This document shows, one piece after another, positions 1 through 9,634 of a stretch of 64,000 bases of DNA (its first letter is position 1; every line of letters begins with the position of its first letter). The stretch is from Caldilineae bacterium (lineage in GTDB: Bacteria > Chloroflexota > Anaerolineae > Epilineales > Epilineaceae): positions 158,275 to 222,274 of the forward strand of contig JACKBJ010000002.1 in the NCBI GenBank assembly GCA_020634625.1. Direction: 5' to 3'. The notes below the pieces were generated by a model. That model searched no databases and was not told the DNA's origin. It saw nothing but the letters and a program-made list of their open reading frames with translations. Both the position numbers and the translations under genes were made by a program.

Positions 1-303
1 TACGTGTTGGTCGAGACCCTCGCTCTGATCCAGCGGCGGCTGGGCATGGAGGCCTTCCGTGTCTTTCATACCGACATCCATCCCCTGGTGGATGTGATCT
101 GGGTCGAGGGCGAACTGCATCGATCGGCGGCGGAGCAGGTGCTGACGGCCAATCAGCGCCGGCTCAGCCTCGTGGACTGCAGCAGCTTCGTCGTGCTCCA
201 AGCTGGCGAGGCGGATCTCGTCTTCGCCTTCGACCGCCACTTCGACGAGCGAGGCTATCCCTGCCTACCCTCGCCACGCATCGCGGGGACCACCGAGGGC
301 TGA
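1..303 (+). CDS. C-terminal fragment of a PIN-domain (VapC-like) protein, truncated by the window edge
   Basis: The C-terminal motif LVDCSSFVVLQAGEADLVFAFDRHF resembles the last conserved acidic block of PIN domains. The ORF is open to the window start. Confidence 0.4.
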   Translation, partial: YVLVETLALIQRRLGMEAFRVFHTDIHPLVDVIWVEGELHRSAAEQVLTANQRRLSLVDCSSFVVLQAGEADLVFAFDRHFDERGYPCLPSPRIAGTTEG

Positions 304-356
304 GCCCGAGCCTCGGACCGCCGCGGCGGCCGTAACGAAGCGCTGGCGCGCGCGTC

Positions 357-3300
357 ATGAGTTCGTGCATGCCTCGATCCCCCGCCGGCAACCCTATCCA
401 GGCGACGCGGCCGCGCCTCGGCCCGTCCCGGACGGCCATCCTGTTGGCCGTCGGCTTCGCGTTGGGAGGCCTCCTGGTCCTTGCGGCGGCCGCTGCGCGC
501 GCCCGGGCCGTCGGGCCGGCGGCCTTCGATTCGAGCGCCTCGGATCCGACGGGGCTCGACGCCGGCCTCGCCGGCCTCGCCGCGGCCCCCGCCGGCCTCG
601 ACGACACCCCCACCGACTCCGCCGCCCCCGCCAGCCTCGCGCAGGAGCCACTTCCCGGTGCCTTGCCCGAGCGCTACGCCCTGGCCACCAGCTGGCCCAG
701 CGACCTGCCCTATGCCGGCGTCCATCAGCCCGAAGGCCTGGACATCGCCGAGGACGGCATCATCCTGGTCGCCGAGCGGGGCAACCACCGGGTATCGGCC
801 TGGGGCCTGAACAGCGGGCTCAAGGGTCAGATCGGCAGCCTCGGCGCTGGTGAGGGGCAGTTCGACGCGCCCGAGGATGTGGCCATCGTGCCCGGCGGGA
901 GCCGGATCTACGTCGCCGACACCGGCAACCGCCGCGTGGTGGCGCTGCAGCGCGGCTGGGCTGGCTTCGACCTGTCGCTGCGCTGGGTCGCCGCCTGGGA
1001 GGACGTCGGCCTGCCGCGGGGCATCGCCGCCGACCGCGATGGCAGGGTCTACGTCTCGGACGCCGAGGGGCACCGGATCCTCGTCTTCGATGCCGAGGGC
1101 AACCGGCTGGCTGCCTGGGGTGGCTTCGGCCGCGCGCCGGGCGCCCTGGATACGCCGCTGGGCCTCTCGGTCGAGCCGGGCGGGCGGCTGCACATCGCCG
1201 ACAGTGGCAACCAGCGCGTGCTGACCTGGGACCTCGACGGCAACGTCATCTCGATGCTGCGCCTGGACAACGTCGGGCAACCCGGCGGCGTGCCCTACGA
1301 CGTCGGCGTCGACGAGAAGGGCGACACCTACGTGAGCGTGGAACGCGGGGTCCTGCGCTTTCGCGCCGCCACCGGCTACGCCGAGACCCTGTCGCCGCTG
1401 CGCCTGGTCGAACGCGCGGGCTGCCGTTGCTACCAGTGTGGGGGGAACACCAGCCCCCAATGCTGTCCGGCCGAGTACGCGCCGGCGCCGGCCAGCCACG
1501 AGGGCACGCGCCGCCTGGCGGTCCACTTCGAGCACGGCATCTTTTTCAGCTACGCGCCCGAGCTGCGCTTCGACGATCGGATCGTGGCGCTGCCCCGCCG
1601 TGGCTTCGACAGCGCCTTCCCCTTGGCCAGCTGCGCGACCGGTCCAGATTGGCGGAAGGTCTACGACCCGACCCGCATCGACGCCGGCCAGGACCCGGCC
1701 GCCGCTCAGGTGCTCGACACCTCCGGTCTGCTTCGCTTCTACCGTCAGAGCGGCGCCTGGTACGACGGACGCAACATCTTTCGGGGGGGGCCGGGCATCG
1801 ACATCGCCGCCGATCCGGTCGAGGCCGACTACACCTATGTCCTGACCGGCAATCAGGTCCAGGTGTCCTGGCGGCGCTGCTTCCTGGGTTGTCCACCGCA
1901 TCCGACGGAGGCCCTGGACGAACGCCAACGCCAGCGACGCAACGACAAGACCGGCGACCTGGAGCCCGACTTCCGTTGGTGGCTGACAGCCTTGGCCTCG
2001 GGAGCGGGCAAGCAATGGGCGGTCCTGGATGCCGGGCTCCAGCGCGTGATCCTGCGCGGTCCCTGGCGGGTGCAACAACCCATTACTGGCGCCTTCTGCG
2101 ACGGCGCCGCCAACTGCCAGCTGCTGCCGATGGCCTGGCTGGAAGCGCCGCTCGTCGCCGCGGTCTCGCTCAACCGACCCAGCGCCCCCTTCCGCGCCTT
2201 TCGCGACCTGGCCTACGACAGCCGCGGCAACCTGCGGGTGCTGACCGCCGACGGCGAGGTCCAGACCTTCGATGCGCGCGGCCGCGATGCCGAGCCGATC
2301 CAGCTGGCGGGCCTGCGCGGCCGGGCGCTCGAGGCCCTGGCCGCCGGCTTCGACGAGAACGGGGTGACCCTCTTCACGCTCTCGGCCGACGGCTGGGCCT
2401 TCAAGCACGATGCCGCCGGCCGCATGCTGGCGGCCTGGGAGCTGGAGGCGGAGGCTGGCCCCGGCCGCTACCGCGACCTGACGGTCGACGGCCTCGGCCG
2501 GGTGCTGATCCCCGACGGCGATGCCAACCGCATCCTCGTCTTCGACCGCCTGCCCACCCAGCCCAGCGAGGCACCGCCCGACCCGCGCGGCGAGGCCTGC
2601 CGGATCACCACCAGCAAGGGCGCCACCCCCGGCCGCCTGGCACTCGGCGAGACCACCGAGGTCCGCCTCTCCCTGGCCGCCGACTGCGGCCCGGCCTGGG
2701 ATGCCCTGGACGTCGTGCTCAGCATCGACCAGAGCTGCCAGATGGGCGGCGAGCGCCTGGCCGCCGCCCGCGCCGCCGGCAACGCCCTCATCGACGCCCT
2801 GCGCGTCGAGGCCGACCGCCTGGCCCTGGTCGGCTTCAACGACGAAGCCGATGGCGCCCGACTGCTGGTCCCGCTCACCGACGACAAGCAGGCCCTGCGC
2901 GAGGCCTTGGCCAGCCTCTCGACCGAATGCCTGCCGCCGATCTTCTACCCCGAGCGCCGCTACGACGCGCGCAACGCCGCCGGCCTGCGCGCCGGCGGCG
3001 AGGCCCTCTTCGGCCCGGCGGGCCGACCCGCGGCCGGCAAGGTGCTGGTCCTGGTCTCGGCCAGCAGCATCGACCGCGAGCAGGCCGAGCGCCTCTTCGG
3101 TCGCAGCCTGCCCGGCAGCCTCGCCGCGCCGGTCAGCGATCGCGAGCACGCGCTCTGGGAGGCCTGGCGGCTCTGGGCCAGGGGTGCCCGCATCTACAGC
3201 GTCGGCGTCGGCCTGCCCGCCCAGCGCCTCGGCATGCCGGCGCCGCCAGCGCCCGACCTGCAGTCCAGCCAGCCGCCCGACGAGGGCCTGCTGGCCGCCC

Positions 3301-4421
3301 TGGCCAACCCGCCATCCGGCTACCGCAAGGCCGAGTCCCCGGCCGACCTGGCCGGCATCGCCAACGACATCGGCCTGACCCTGTCCGACCGACGCCTGTT
3401 CCAGTCCCTGGTCATCACCGACCGTGTGCCGATCAACATGCGCCTGCTTCCGGGCAGCATCAGCCCGCCGGCGACCCTCATCCCCGATCCCGACCCCGCC
3501 TCGAGCGCCCTCTTGCGCTGGGACCTCGGTCCCGTCGCCCTCGGTGCCGCGCCCCCCAGCCTGTCCTACCTCCTCGAGCCCTTGCAGTCCGGCCGCCACC
3601 CGACCAACGTCGAGGCCCTCGCCAGCTATACGGATGGCCTCGACTACGCTGGCCGGGCTCGTTTTCCCGTGCCCGAGGTCGAGGTCATCGGCGCCACCGA
3701 GACGCCTAGCCCCTCGCCTTCGCCCGAAGCCTCCGCGACGCCCCGCGATACGGGCACCTCGACGCCGACCGGGACGCTGCCGCCCTCGCCGACCCGACCC
3801 AGCGCCACCCCGCGACCGACCGGCCCGCCGCGGCCGATCCACCTGCCCATCCTCTTCCGCGAGCAATGCGTGCCCAAGGCGCGGCCGGTCGATGTGGCGC
3901 TGGTCATCGACACCTCCTCCTCGATGAACGGCGCCAAGCTCGCGGCCGCGCGATCGGCCGGGCGCAGCTTCGTGGCCCTGCTCGACCCGAGCCGCGATCG
4001 GGCCAGCATCGTCGGCTTCGACAACGAGGCCCGGCTGGCCCAGCCGCTGACCGGTGACCAGGCCGCCCTGGGCCGGGCCCTGGATGGGCTGGCGACGGCG
4101 GTGGGCACGCGAATCGATCTGGGCCTCTGGACGGCGCTGGGCGAGCTCACCGGCGCCAACCGTCGGGCCGAGGCCGACCGGGTCATCGTCCTGCTCACCG
4201 ACGGCCGGCCCCAGCTGGGCACCGAGCCGGCCATGCGGGCCGCCGCCCAGCTGGCCCGCGACGTGGGCGTGGCCACCTACGTCATCGGCCTCGGCGAGGA
4301 CGTGCTGCCCGAAGTCCTGCGCGAGATCGCCGGCGCCGAATCGCGCGTCTACCTGGCCCCGGACGGGGCCGCCCTCTCCGCCATCTACCGCGACATCGCC
4401 CGACTGATCCCCTGCCGCTAG
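357..4421 (+). CDS. Large secreted/surface protein with an N-terminal signal or TM segment, NHL beta-propeller repeats, a Cys-rich segment, two von Willebrand factor A domains and a Pro/Thr/Ser linker
   Basis: At least four NHL-type repeats are present (GNHRVSAW, GNRRVVALQ, EGHRILVFD, GNQRVLTWD). Two vWA-like blocks are visible (DVVLSIDQSCQMGGERLAAARAAGNALIDAL...VGFNDEA and DVALVIDTSSSMNGAKLAAARSAG...VIVLLTDGRPQ). A PT-rich linker reads TETPSPSPSPEASATPRDTGTSTPTGTLPPSPTRPSATPRP. The 1395-aa ORF on the opposite strand is low-complexity R/G/A translation and is taken as a shadow. Confidence 0.8.
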   Translation: MSSCMPRSPAGNPIQATRPRLGPSRTAILLAVGFALGGLLVLAAAAARARAVGPAAFDSSASDPTGLDAGLAGLAAAPAGLDDTPTDSAAPASLAQEPLPGALPERYALATSWPSDLPYAGVHQPEGLDIAEDGIILVAERGNHRVSAWGLNSGLKGQIGSLGAGEGQFDAPEDVAIVPGGSRIYVADTGNRRVVALQRGWAGFDLSLRWVAAWEDVGLPRGIAADRDGRVYVSDAEGHRILVFDAEGNRLAAWGGFGRAPGALDTPLGLSVEPGGRLHIADSGNQRVLTWDLDGNVISMLRLDNVGQPGGVPYDVGVDEKGDTYVSVERGVLRFRAATGYAETLSPLRLVERAGCRCYQCGGNTSPQCCPAEYAPAPASHEGTRRLAVHFEHGIFFSYAPELRFDDRIVALPRRGFDSAFPLASCATGPDWRKVYDPTRIDAGQDPAAAQVLDTSGLLRFYRQSGAWYDGRNIFRGGPGIDIAADPVEADYTYVLTGNQVQVSWRRCFLGCPPHPTEALDERQRQRRNDKTGDLEPDFRWWLTALASGAGKQWAVLDAGLQRVILRGPWRVQQPITGAFCDGAANCQLLPMAWLEAPLVAAVSLNRPSAPFRAFRDLAYDSRGNLRVLTADGEVQTFDARGRDAEPIQLAGLRGRALEALAAGFDENGVTLFTLSADGWAFKHDAAGRMLAAWELEAEAGPGRYRDLTVDGLGRVLIPDGDANRILVFDRLPTQPSEAPPDPRGEACRITTSKGATPGRLALGETTEVRLSLAADCGPAWDALDVVLSIDQSCQMGGERLAAARAAGNALIDALRVEADRLALVGFNDEADGARLLVPLTDDKQALREALASLSTECLPPIFYPERRYDARNAAGLRAGGEALFGPAGRPAAGKVLVLVSASSIDREQAERLFGRSLPGSLAAPVSDREHALWEAWRLWARGARIYSVGVGLPAQRLGMPAPPAPDLQSSQPPDEGLLAALANPPSGYRKAESPADLAGIANDIGLTLSDRRLFQSLVITDRVPINMRLLPGSISPPATLIPDPDPASSALLRWDLGPVALGAAPPSLSYLLEPLQSGRHPTNVEALASYTDGLDYAGRARFPVPEVEVIGATETPSPSPSPEASATPRDTGTSTPTGTLPPSPTRPSATPRPTGPPRPIHLPILFREQCVPKARPVDVALVIDTSSSMNGAKLAAARSAGRSFVALLDPSRDRASIVGFDNEARLAQPLTGDQAALGRALDGLATAVGTRIDLGLWTALGELTGANRRAEADRVIVLLTDGRPQLGTEPAMRAAAQLARDVGVATYVIGLGEDVLPEVLREIAGAESRVYLAPDGAALSAIYRDIARLIPCR

Positions 4422-4594
4422 CCCGACGCTGCATGCCGGCACTCGGCCTCGGGCCCGGACCGGTCGCCCCCGCGGGTCACTTTTGCGTTAATTGTCCACC
4501 ACCGCGTCCACGGCCAGGTAAGAACCTGGACAGAAGCGGCGCCTGACCCCTCGATTGCTGAACAATACCTTCTCACTACCTGAACGGAGGCACC

Positions 4595-7129
4595 ATGAAG
4601 CAACGCTTTGCCCTGATCGGCGCCCTGGCCCTTTTGGTGGCCGTGGCCGCTCCGAGCCCCCGCCTGCTCCAGGCCGACGCGTCCTCGGAGCTGGCACGCC
4701 TGCGCGTCGCGCATGCTTCGCCCGATGCGCCGGCCGTCGACATCCTGGTCGACGACGCGCTCGCCTTCGCCAACATCGACTTCGAGGATCTGACCGACTA
4801 CGCCATCCTGCCCGCCGGCACCCACACCATCAAGGTCGTTCCGACCGGCGCCACCGAGCCGGTGGTGATCGAGGCCGAGCTGACCCTGGCGGCCGAGACC
4901 GACTACACCGTCGCCGCCGCCGGCCTGCTGGCCGAGATCGCGCCGGTGGTCTTCGTCGACGACAACCGGCTGCCCGAGCCGGGCAAGGCGCACCTGCGCT
5001 TCGTCCACCTGTCGCCCGATGCGCCGGCCGTCGACATCGGCGTCAAGGACGGGCCGACGCTCTTCGAGAACGTGGCCTTCCCCGAAGCCGGCGCCTACGT
5101 CCCGGTCGACGCGGGCCGCTACACCCTCGAGGTCAGCCCGAGCGGTATGCCCGTGGTGGCGCTGGAGGTGCCCGACGTCGCGCTCGAGGCGGGTACCGTC
5201 TACACCGTCTTTGCCATGGGCCGCCTGGCGGACATGTCGCTGGAGCCGGTGATCGCTGTCGACGCCACGACGCCGGATCCGGGTCGGGCCCGCGTCCGGG
5301 TCGCGCATGCCTCGCCCGACGCGCCGGCCGTCGACATCCTGGTCGACGACGCGCTGGCCTTCTCGAACGCGTCCTTCGGCGCCATCACCGACTACGCCGA
5401 GCTGCCCGCCGGCACCCACACCATCAAGGTCGTTCCGACCGGCGCCACCGAGCCGGTGGTCATCGAGGCCGAGCTGACCCTGGCGGCCGAGACCGACTAC
5501 ACTGTCGCCGCCGCCGGCCTGCTGGCCGAGATCGCGCCGGTGGTCTTCGTCGACGACAACCGGCTGCCCGAGCCGGGCAAGGCGCACCTGCGCTTCGTCC
5601 ACCTGTCGCCCGATGCGCCGGCGGTCGACATCGGCGTCAAGGACGGGCCGACGCTCTTCGAGAACGTGGCCTTCCCCGAGGCCGGCGCCTACGTCCCGGT
5701 CGACGCGGGCCGCTACACCCTCGAGGTCAGCCCGAGCGGTATGCCCGTGGTGGCGCTGGAGGTGCCCGACGTCGCGCTCGAGGCGGGTACCGTCTACACC
5801 GTCTTTGCCATGGGCCGCCTGGCGGACATGTCGCTGGAGCCGGTGATCGCTGTCGACGCCACGACGCCGGATCCGGGTCGGGCCCGCGTCCGGGTCGCGC
5901 ATGCCTCGCCCGACGCGCCGGCCGTCGACATCCTGGTCGACGACGCGCTGGCCTTCTCGAACGCGGCCTTCGGCGCCATCACCGACTACGCCGAGCTGCC
6001 CGCCGGCACCCACACCATCAAGGTCGTTCCGACCGGCGCCACCGAGCCGGTGGTCATCGAGGCCGAGCTGACCCTGGCGGCCGAGACCGACTACACCGTC
6101 GCCGCCGCCGGCCTGCTGGCCGAGATCGCGCCGGTGGTCTTCGTCGACGACAACCGGCTGCCCGAGCCGGGCAAGGCGCACTTGCGCTTCGTCCACCTCT
6201 CGCCCGATGCGCCGGCGGTCGACATCGGCGTCAAGGACGGCCCGACGCTCTTCGAGAACGTGGCCTTCCCCGAGGCCGGCGCCTACGTCGCGGTCGACGC
6301 GGGCCGCTACACCCTCGAGGTCAGCCCGAGCGGTATGCCCGTGGTGGCGCTGGAGGTGCCCGACGTCGCGCTCGAGGCGGGTACCGTCTACACCGTCTTT
6401 GCCATGGGCCGCCTGGCGGACATGTCGCTGGAGCCGGTGATCGCTGTCGACGCCACGACGCCGGATCCGGGTCGGGCCCGCGTCCGGGTTGCGCATGCCT
6501 CGCCCGACGCGCCGGCCGTCGACATCCTGGTCGACGACGCGCTGGCCTTCTCGAACGCGGCCTTCGGCGCCATCACCGACTACGCCGAGCTGCCCGCCGG
6601 CACCCACACCATCAAGGTCGTTCCGACCGGCGCCGCCGAGCCGGTGGTCATCGAGGCCGAGCTGACCCTGGCGGCCGAGACCGACTACACCGTCGCCGCC
6701 GCCGGCCTGCTGGCCGAGATCGCTCCGCTGGTCCTGGTGGACGACAACCGCCAGCCGGCAGCCGGCCAGGCGCATGTACGCTTCGTGCACGCCTCGCCCG
6801 ATGCCCCGGCGGTGGACATCGCCGTCGCCGACGGCGGCCCGGTCCTCTTCGCGAACATCGCCTTCGGCGAGGTCGGCGCCTATCTGCCGGTCGGCGCGAA
6901 CCGCTACGACCTGGAGGTGCGCCTGGCCGGCACCGACACGGTTGCCCTGACGGTGCCCGGCCTGAAGCTGGAGGCGGGCAAGGTCTACACCGTCTTCGCC
7001 ATGGGGCTCGCCGGCGGCGAGCCCAGCCTGCGCGCCGTCGCGACCGTCGACGCCAGCTACCCCGACCTCACGCCACCGACGCCCGACGTCAACACGATCT
7101 ACCTGCCGGCCCTCATGAAGTCGTACTGA
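4595..7129 (+). CDS. Secreted repeat protein built from eight or more DUF4397-like modules
   Basis: There is an RBS (ggagg) 5 nt upstream of the ATG and a signal peptide (MKQRFALIGALALLVAVAAP). The motif R[VL]xVAHASPDAPAVDI alternating with LRFVHLSPDAPAVDIGV recurs throughout. The gene is followed by a strong hairpin. Confidence 0.75.
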   Translation: MKQRFALIGALALLVAVAAPSPRLLQADASSELARLRVAHASPDAPAVDILVDDALAFANIDFEDLTDYAILPAGTHTIKVVPTGATEPVVIEAELTLAAETDYTVAAAGLLAEIAPVVFVDDNRLPEPGKAHLRFVHLSPDAPAVDIGVKDGPTLFENVAFPEAGAYVPVDAGRYTLEVSPSGMPVVALEVPDVALEAGTVYTVFAMGRLADMSLEPVIAVDATTPDPGRARVRVAHASPDAPAVDILVDDALAFSNASFGAITDYAELPAGTHTIKVVPTGATEPVVIEAELTLAAETDYTVAAAGLLAEIAPVVFVDDNRLPEPGKAHLRFVHLSPDAPAVDIGVKDGPTLFENVAFPEAGAYVPVDAGRYTLEVSPSGMPVVALEVPDVALEAGTVYTVFAMGRLADMSLEPVIAVDATTPDPGRARVRVAHASPDAPAVDILVDDALAFSNAAFGAITDYAELPAGTHTIKVVPTGATEPVVIEAELTLAAETDYTVAAAGLLAEIAPVVFVDDNRLPEPGKAHLRFVHLSPDAPAVDIGVKDGPTLFENVAFPEAGAYVAVDAGRYTLEVSPSGMPVVALEVPDVALEAGTVYTVFAMGRLADMSLEPVIAVDATTPDPGRARVRVAHASPDAPAVDILVDDALAFSNAAFGAITDYAELPAGTHTIKVVPTGAAEPVVIEAELTLAAETDYTVAAAGLLAEIAPLVLVDDNRQPAAGQAHVRFVHASPDAPAVDIAVADGGPVLFANIAFGEVGAYLPVGANRYDLEVRLAGTDTVALTVPGLKLEAGKVYTVFAMGLAGGEPSLRAVATVDASYPDLTPPTPDVNTIYLPALMKSY
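4690..6730. repeat. Tandem direct repeat, 594-bp unit, about 3.4 copies, nearly identical at the nucleotide level, inside the DUF4397-like gene
   Basis: Identical shadow ORFs recur at 5019, 5613 and 6207 on the plus strand and at 5200, 5794 and 6388 on the minus strand, giving a period of 594. The protein copies differ by only one or two residues (NASFGA versus NAAFGA, YVPVD versus YVAVD). The first and last copies are more diverged. Confidence 0.85.
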
Positions 7130-7178
7130 TCGAAGCCTCCGTCCATCGTTGAACGAACGCTGAGCCCATCCGCAATCC

Positions 7179-7212
7179 GGCCGCGGCGCCCCACCCCGGG
7201 GGCGCCGCGGCC
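7179..7212. terminator. GC-rich hairpin (14-bp perfect stem, 6-nt loop) between convergent genes, likely a bidirectional terminator
   Basis: ggccgcggcgcccc-acccc g-ggggcgccgcggcc. It sits 50 nt after the DUF4397-like stop codon. Confidence 0.55.
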
Positions 7213-7539
7213 AGTTCAAGCACCGGAGGCAGGTGCTGCCCCCGGTCGCCGCTGTCTCCTTCCGCCCTACTCCCCCTCGCCACCCGACGAGGTGGGCGTG
7301 CCCTGGGGCGCGATCACGCCTGTCCGAGGCTCAGACCGCCGCCCCGAGCGACGAAAGGCCGCATGAGGGCGCCTGCGGCCCTACGTCACGCCATCCGCCC
7401 ACCGAGTTCGTGAGCGCGCCCCAGGGCATGCCCGCCTCGTCGCGACCCCGGTCGTCGCACCATCCTTCCGCCTTTCTGCCGCCTCAACGCCCTGCCGCCT
7501 CATCGCCCTGCCGCCCCGCCACCCCGCCACCCACCAAGC

Positions 7540-8874
7540 TCACGGCGCCGCCTCCGCCGCCGCCTCCGCCATGATCAAGTACAGCCCCTGCCCATACGGC
7601 TTGATCGCATCGAACGGCACCTGGCCGTAAACCTCGATCGAAGGCGCCACCCCGGTACCCGTCGACACCCGCGTCAGCGTCCCGTCCTCGGCCACCAGCG
7701 CGTCCACCGCCCGGGCCGCCGTCAACCCGACCGATCGCAGCCGCCCATCGACCCAGCCGGCCTCGCTCGCGCGCAGCATCGCCGCCGCGATCGCCGCGCT
7801 GCCGGAGCTCTCTTCGTAGAAATCGTTGCGCGTCACGACCGTATGCCACAACCCGGACCGCGCCTGAAGCACCGCCAGCCCGGTCAGCTGCCGCTCCAGG
7901 CGCGCCCGCAGCTGGGCCTGCCAATAGCCGTCCTCCGGCAGCCAGCGCAGCGCCTCCGTCGTCGCCAGCGCCGCCCAGCCGTTGCCGCGGGCCCACTGCG
8001 CCGCCGACAGATGCGGCTGCAGCCCGGCCCGGAAGTCCGACAGGTCCCAGCCGTGGAACCAGCGCCCGCTGGCCGGATCCTGAAGCCGTCGCGCGTGCGC
8101 CAACAGCTCGTCGACCGCCAGGCTCAGACAGCTGGCGCAGCCCTGCTGGGCGCCGTAGCGCGCCAGGAGCGGCACGCTCACGATCAGCGTGTCGTCCCAG
8201 AGCTGGTCGTCATAGTGGGCCAGCGTGCCGTGGACCCGCGGCGCTCGGTTCATCAGGTAGTCCACCGATCGGCGGGCGACCGCCAGGTAGCGTGGGTCCG
8301 GGCGCAGCTCGTAGAGCATGAGCGCCGCCCAGGCCGGCGTCGCCTGGTTTGGATGCGACAGGACCGGATCCGTCACCAGACGGGCGTCGAACCAGGCCGC
8401 CACCGCATCGAGCAGCGCCGGGTCCTCGGTCTGCCGGTAGGCCTGCATCAGGCCGGCCATGGCCACGCCGGCCTCCCAGTCCCAGACGTTGATCGCCGCG
8501 TCGGGCGCCTCGGTCATCGCCAGCGTGCGCGCCGCCACCCGCAGGCTGCGCTCGCGGGCGGCCGATTGGTCGATGACGCCGACCGCCGCCGGAGCTGGCG
8601 CGGCGCCCGAGGCTCCCGCGGCCTGCGCCGCTTCCGTCGGCCCCGCCGCGCGGGACGGAATCGTCGTGGCGGCGCCCGCCGCAGCCGCCACGACCCGCAC
8701 GCTCGGGATCTCCAGGGCCGCCCGCGGGGCGAGCGGCCGGCTCGAACCGGCCAGCGGCAGCGCCCCGAGCAAAAACGCCACGAGCGGCGGCACCGCGAGT
8801 CGAAGGGCATGCCGGTCGCGGCATCCGCCGGCAACCTGGCGTCTCGCGTCCCGATCGGCTCTCGGATCGTGCAT
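7540..8874 (-). CDS. Glycoside hydrolase family 88/105 (unsaturated glucuronyl / rhamnogalacturonyl hydrolase, YteR-like), secreted
   Basis: Family motifs are present: VWDWEAGVAMAGLMQAY, DDTLIVSVPLLARYG and RGNGWAALATTEAL. The protein has an N-terminal hydrophobic signal region. Confidence 0.7.
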   Translation of the reverse strand: MHDPRADRDARRQVAGGCRDRHALRLAVPPLVAFLLGALPLAGSSRPLAPRAALEIPSVRVVAAAAGAATTIPSRAAGPTEAAQAAGASGAAPAPAAVGVIDQSAARERSLRVAARTLAMTEAPDAAINVWDWEAGVAMAGLMQAYRQTEDPALLDAVAAWFDARLVTDPVLSHPNQATPAWAALMLYELRPDPRYLAVARRSVDYLMNRAPRVHGTLAHYDDQLWDDTLIVSVPLLARYGAQQGCASCLSLAVDELLAHARRLQDPASGRWFHGWDLSDFRAGLQPHLSAAQWARGNGWAALATTEALRWLPEDGYWQAQLRARLERQLTGLAVLQARSGLWHTVVTRNDFYEESSGSAAIAAAMLRASEAGWVDGRLRSVGLTAARAVDALVAEDGTLTRVSTGTGVAPSIEVYGQVPFDAIKPYGQGLYLIMAEAAAEAAP

Positions 8875-8968
8875 GGCCCAACTTTACAGGAAGCGGGACT
8901 GAACGGCCCCGCGCGAGCCGGTTGGAGACATGACGCAGGACCGCGAGGCTGGCTTGCAGTGGCGCCAT

Positions 8969-9013
8969 GCAAACGAGCAGCCCACGCGCCGAAGCGGTGG
9001 GCTGCTCGTTTGC
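8969..9013. terminator. 17-bp perfect-stem hairpin immediately 3' of tRNA-Ala (GCAAACGAGCAGCCCAC / GTGGGCTGCTCGTTTGC)
   Basis: Perfect inverted repeat with an 11-nt loop. It lies 10 nt downstream of the tRNA 3' end on the minus strand. Confidence 0.6.
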
Positions 9014-9023
9014 GAGGCATCAG

Positions 9024-9096
<73 letters not shown>

Positions 9097-9107
9097 GGAA
9101 GACCGAT

Positions 9108-9113
9108 ATTATA
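9108..9113 (-). promoter_or_regulatory. -10 element (TATAAT) for tRNA-Ala
   Basis: The minus strand reads cctataatatcggtcttcc followed by the tRNA +1. Confidence 0.5.
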
Positions 9114-9185
9114 GGACGGTGCCGCCGGCGAGGTCAACCATGACGCAGGGCTTCGGTCGGTCGCCGCTCGGCGCCTGGCTGCCGC

Positions 9186-9545
9186 TCACGCCAGGCGCTG
9201 GATGATCTGCAGCGCGTTCCCGTCCGGGTCGGTGAAGCTGCCGAAGACGGCGTTGGGGGTGCGGTTCTCGAAGCTGAACGCGACGCCGCGGGTCTCGAGC
9301 TCGGCCTTGGCCGCGGCGTAGTCGGCCACGCCCAGCACCGGGGTCGCGCCGAAGCGCCGGCCCTCCGGCCCGGCTTCGACCCCTTCGCCGCCGTGCAGCG
9401 ACAGCGTCAGGTTCCCGGCGCCGAGCACCGCGAAGTCGCCATGCTGGAAGCGCGGCTCCAGGCCGAGCACGTCGTGATACCAGGCGACGCTGCGGGCGAC
9501 GTCCGAAGACCAGAGCATGATCGAATCGACGTTCTGGATCTGCAT
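9186..9545 (-). CDS. Glyoxalase/bleomycin-resistance/VOC-family protein (119 aa)
   Basis: It occupies the C-terminal frame of the 771-aa track ORF and begins at MQIQNVDSIMLWSSDVARSVAWYHDVLGLE. The size and the pattern of His/Glu ligands are typical of VOC proteins. Confidence 0.65.
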   Translation of the reverse strand: MQIQNVDSIMLWSSDVARSVAWYHDVLGLEPRFQHGDFAVLGAGNLTLSLHGGEGVEAGPEGRRFGATPVLGVADYAAAKAELETRGVAFSFENRTPNAVFGSFTDPDGNALQIIQRLA

Positions 9546-9634
9546 GGAAGGGCTCCTGGAAAGGGTGATGGCGCCGCGTCGAGCGGGGTCGAGCGGGCGG
9601 TCGAGGGGGCGGGCGGGTCCATCGGCAGGGCAGG

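Noticed and set aside
255-4442. 1395-aa ORF on the minus strand opposite the NHL/vWA gene
   Set aside because: The translation is low-complexity R/G/A/P-rich with no motifs, and it is perfectly antisense to a motif-rich gene. This is a typical high-GC shadow ORF.
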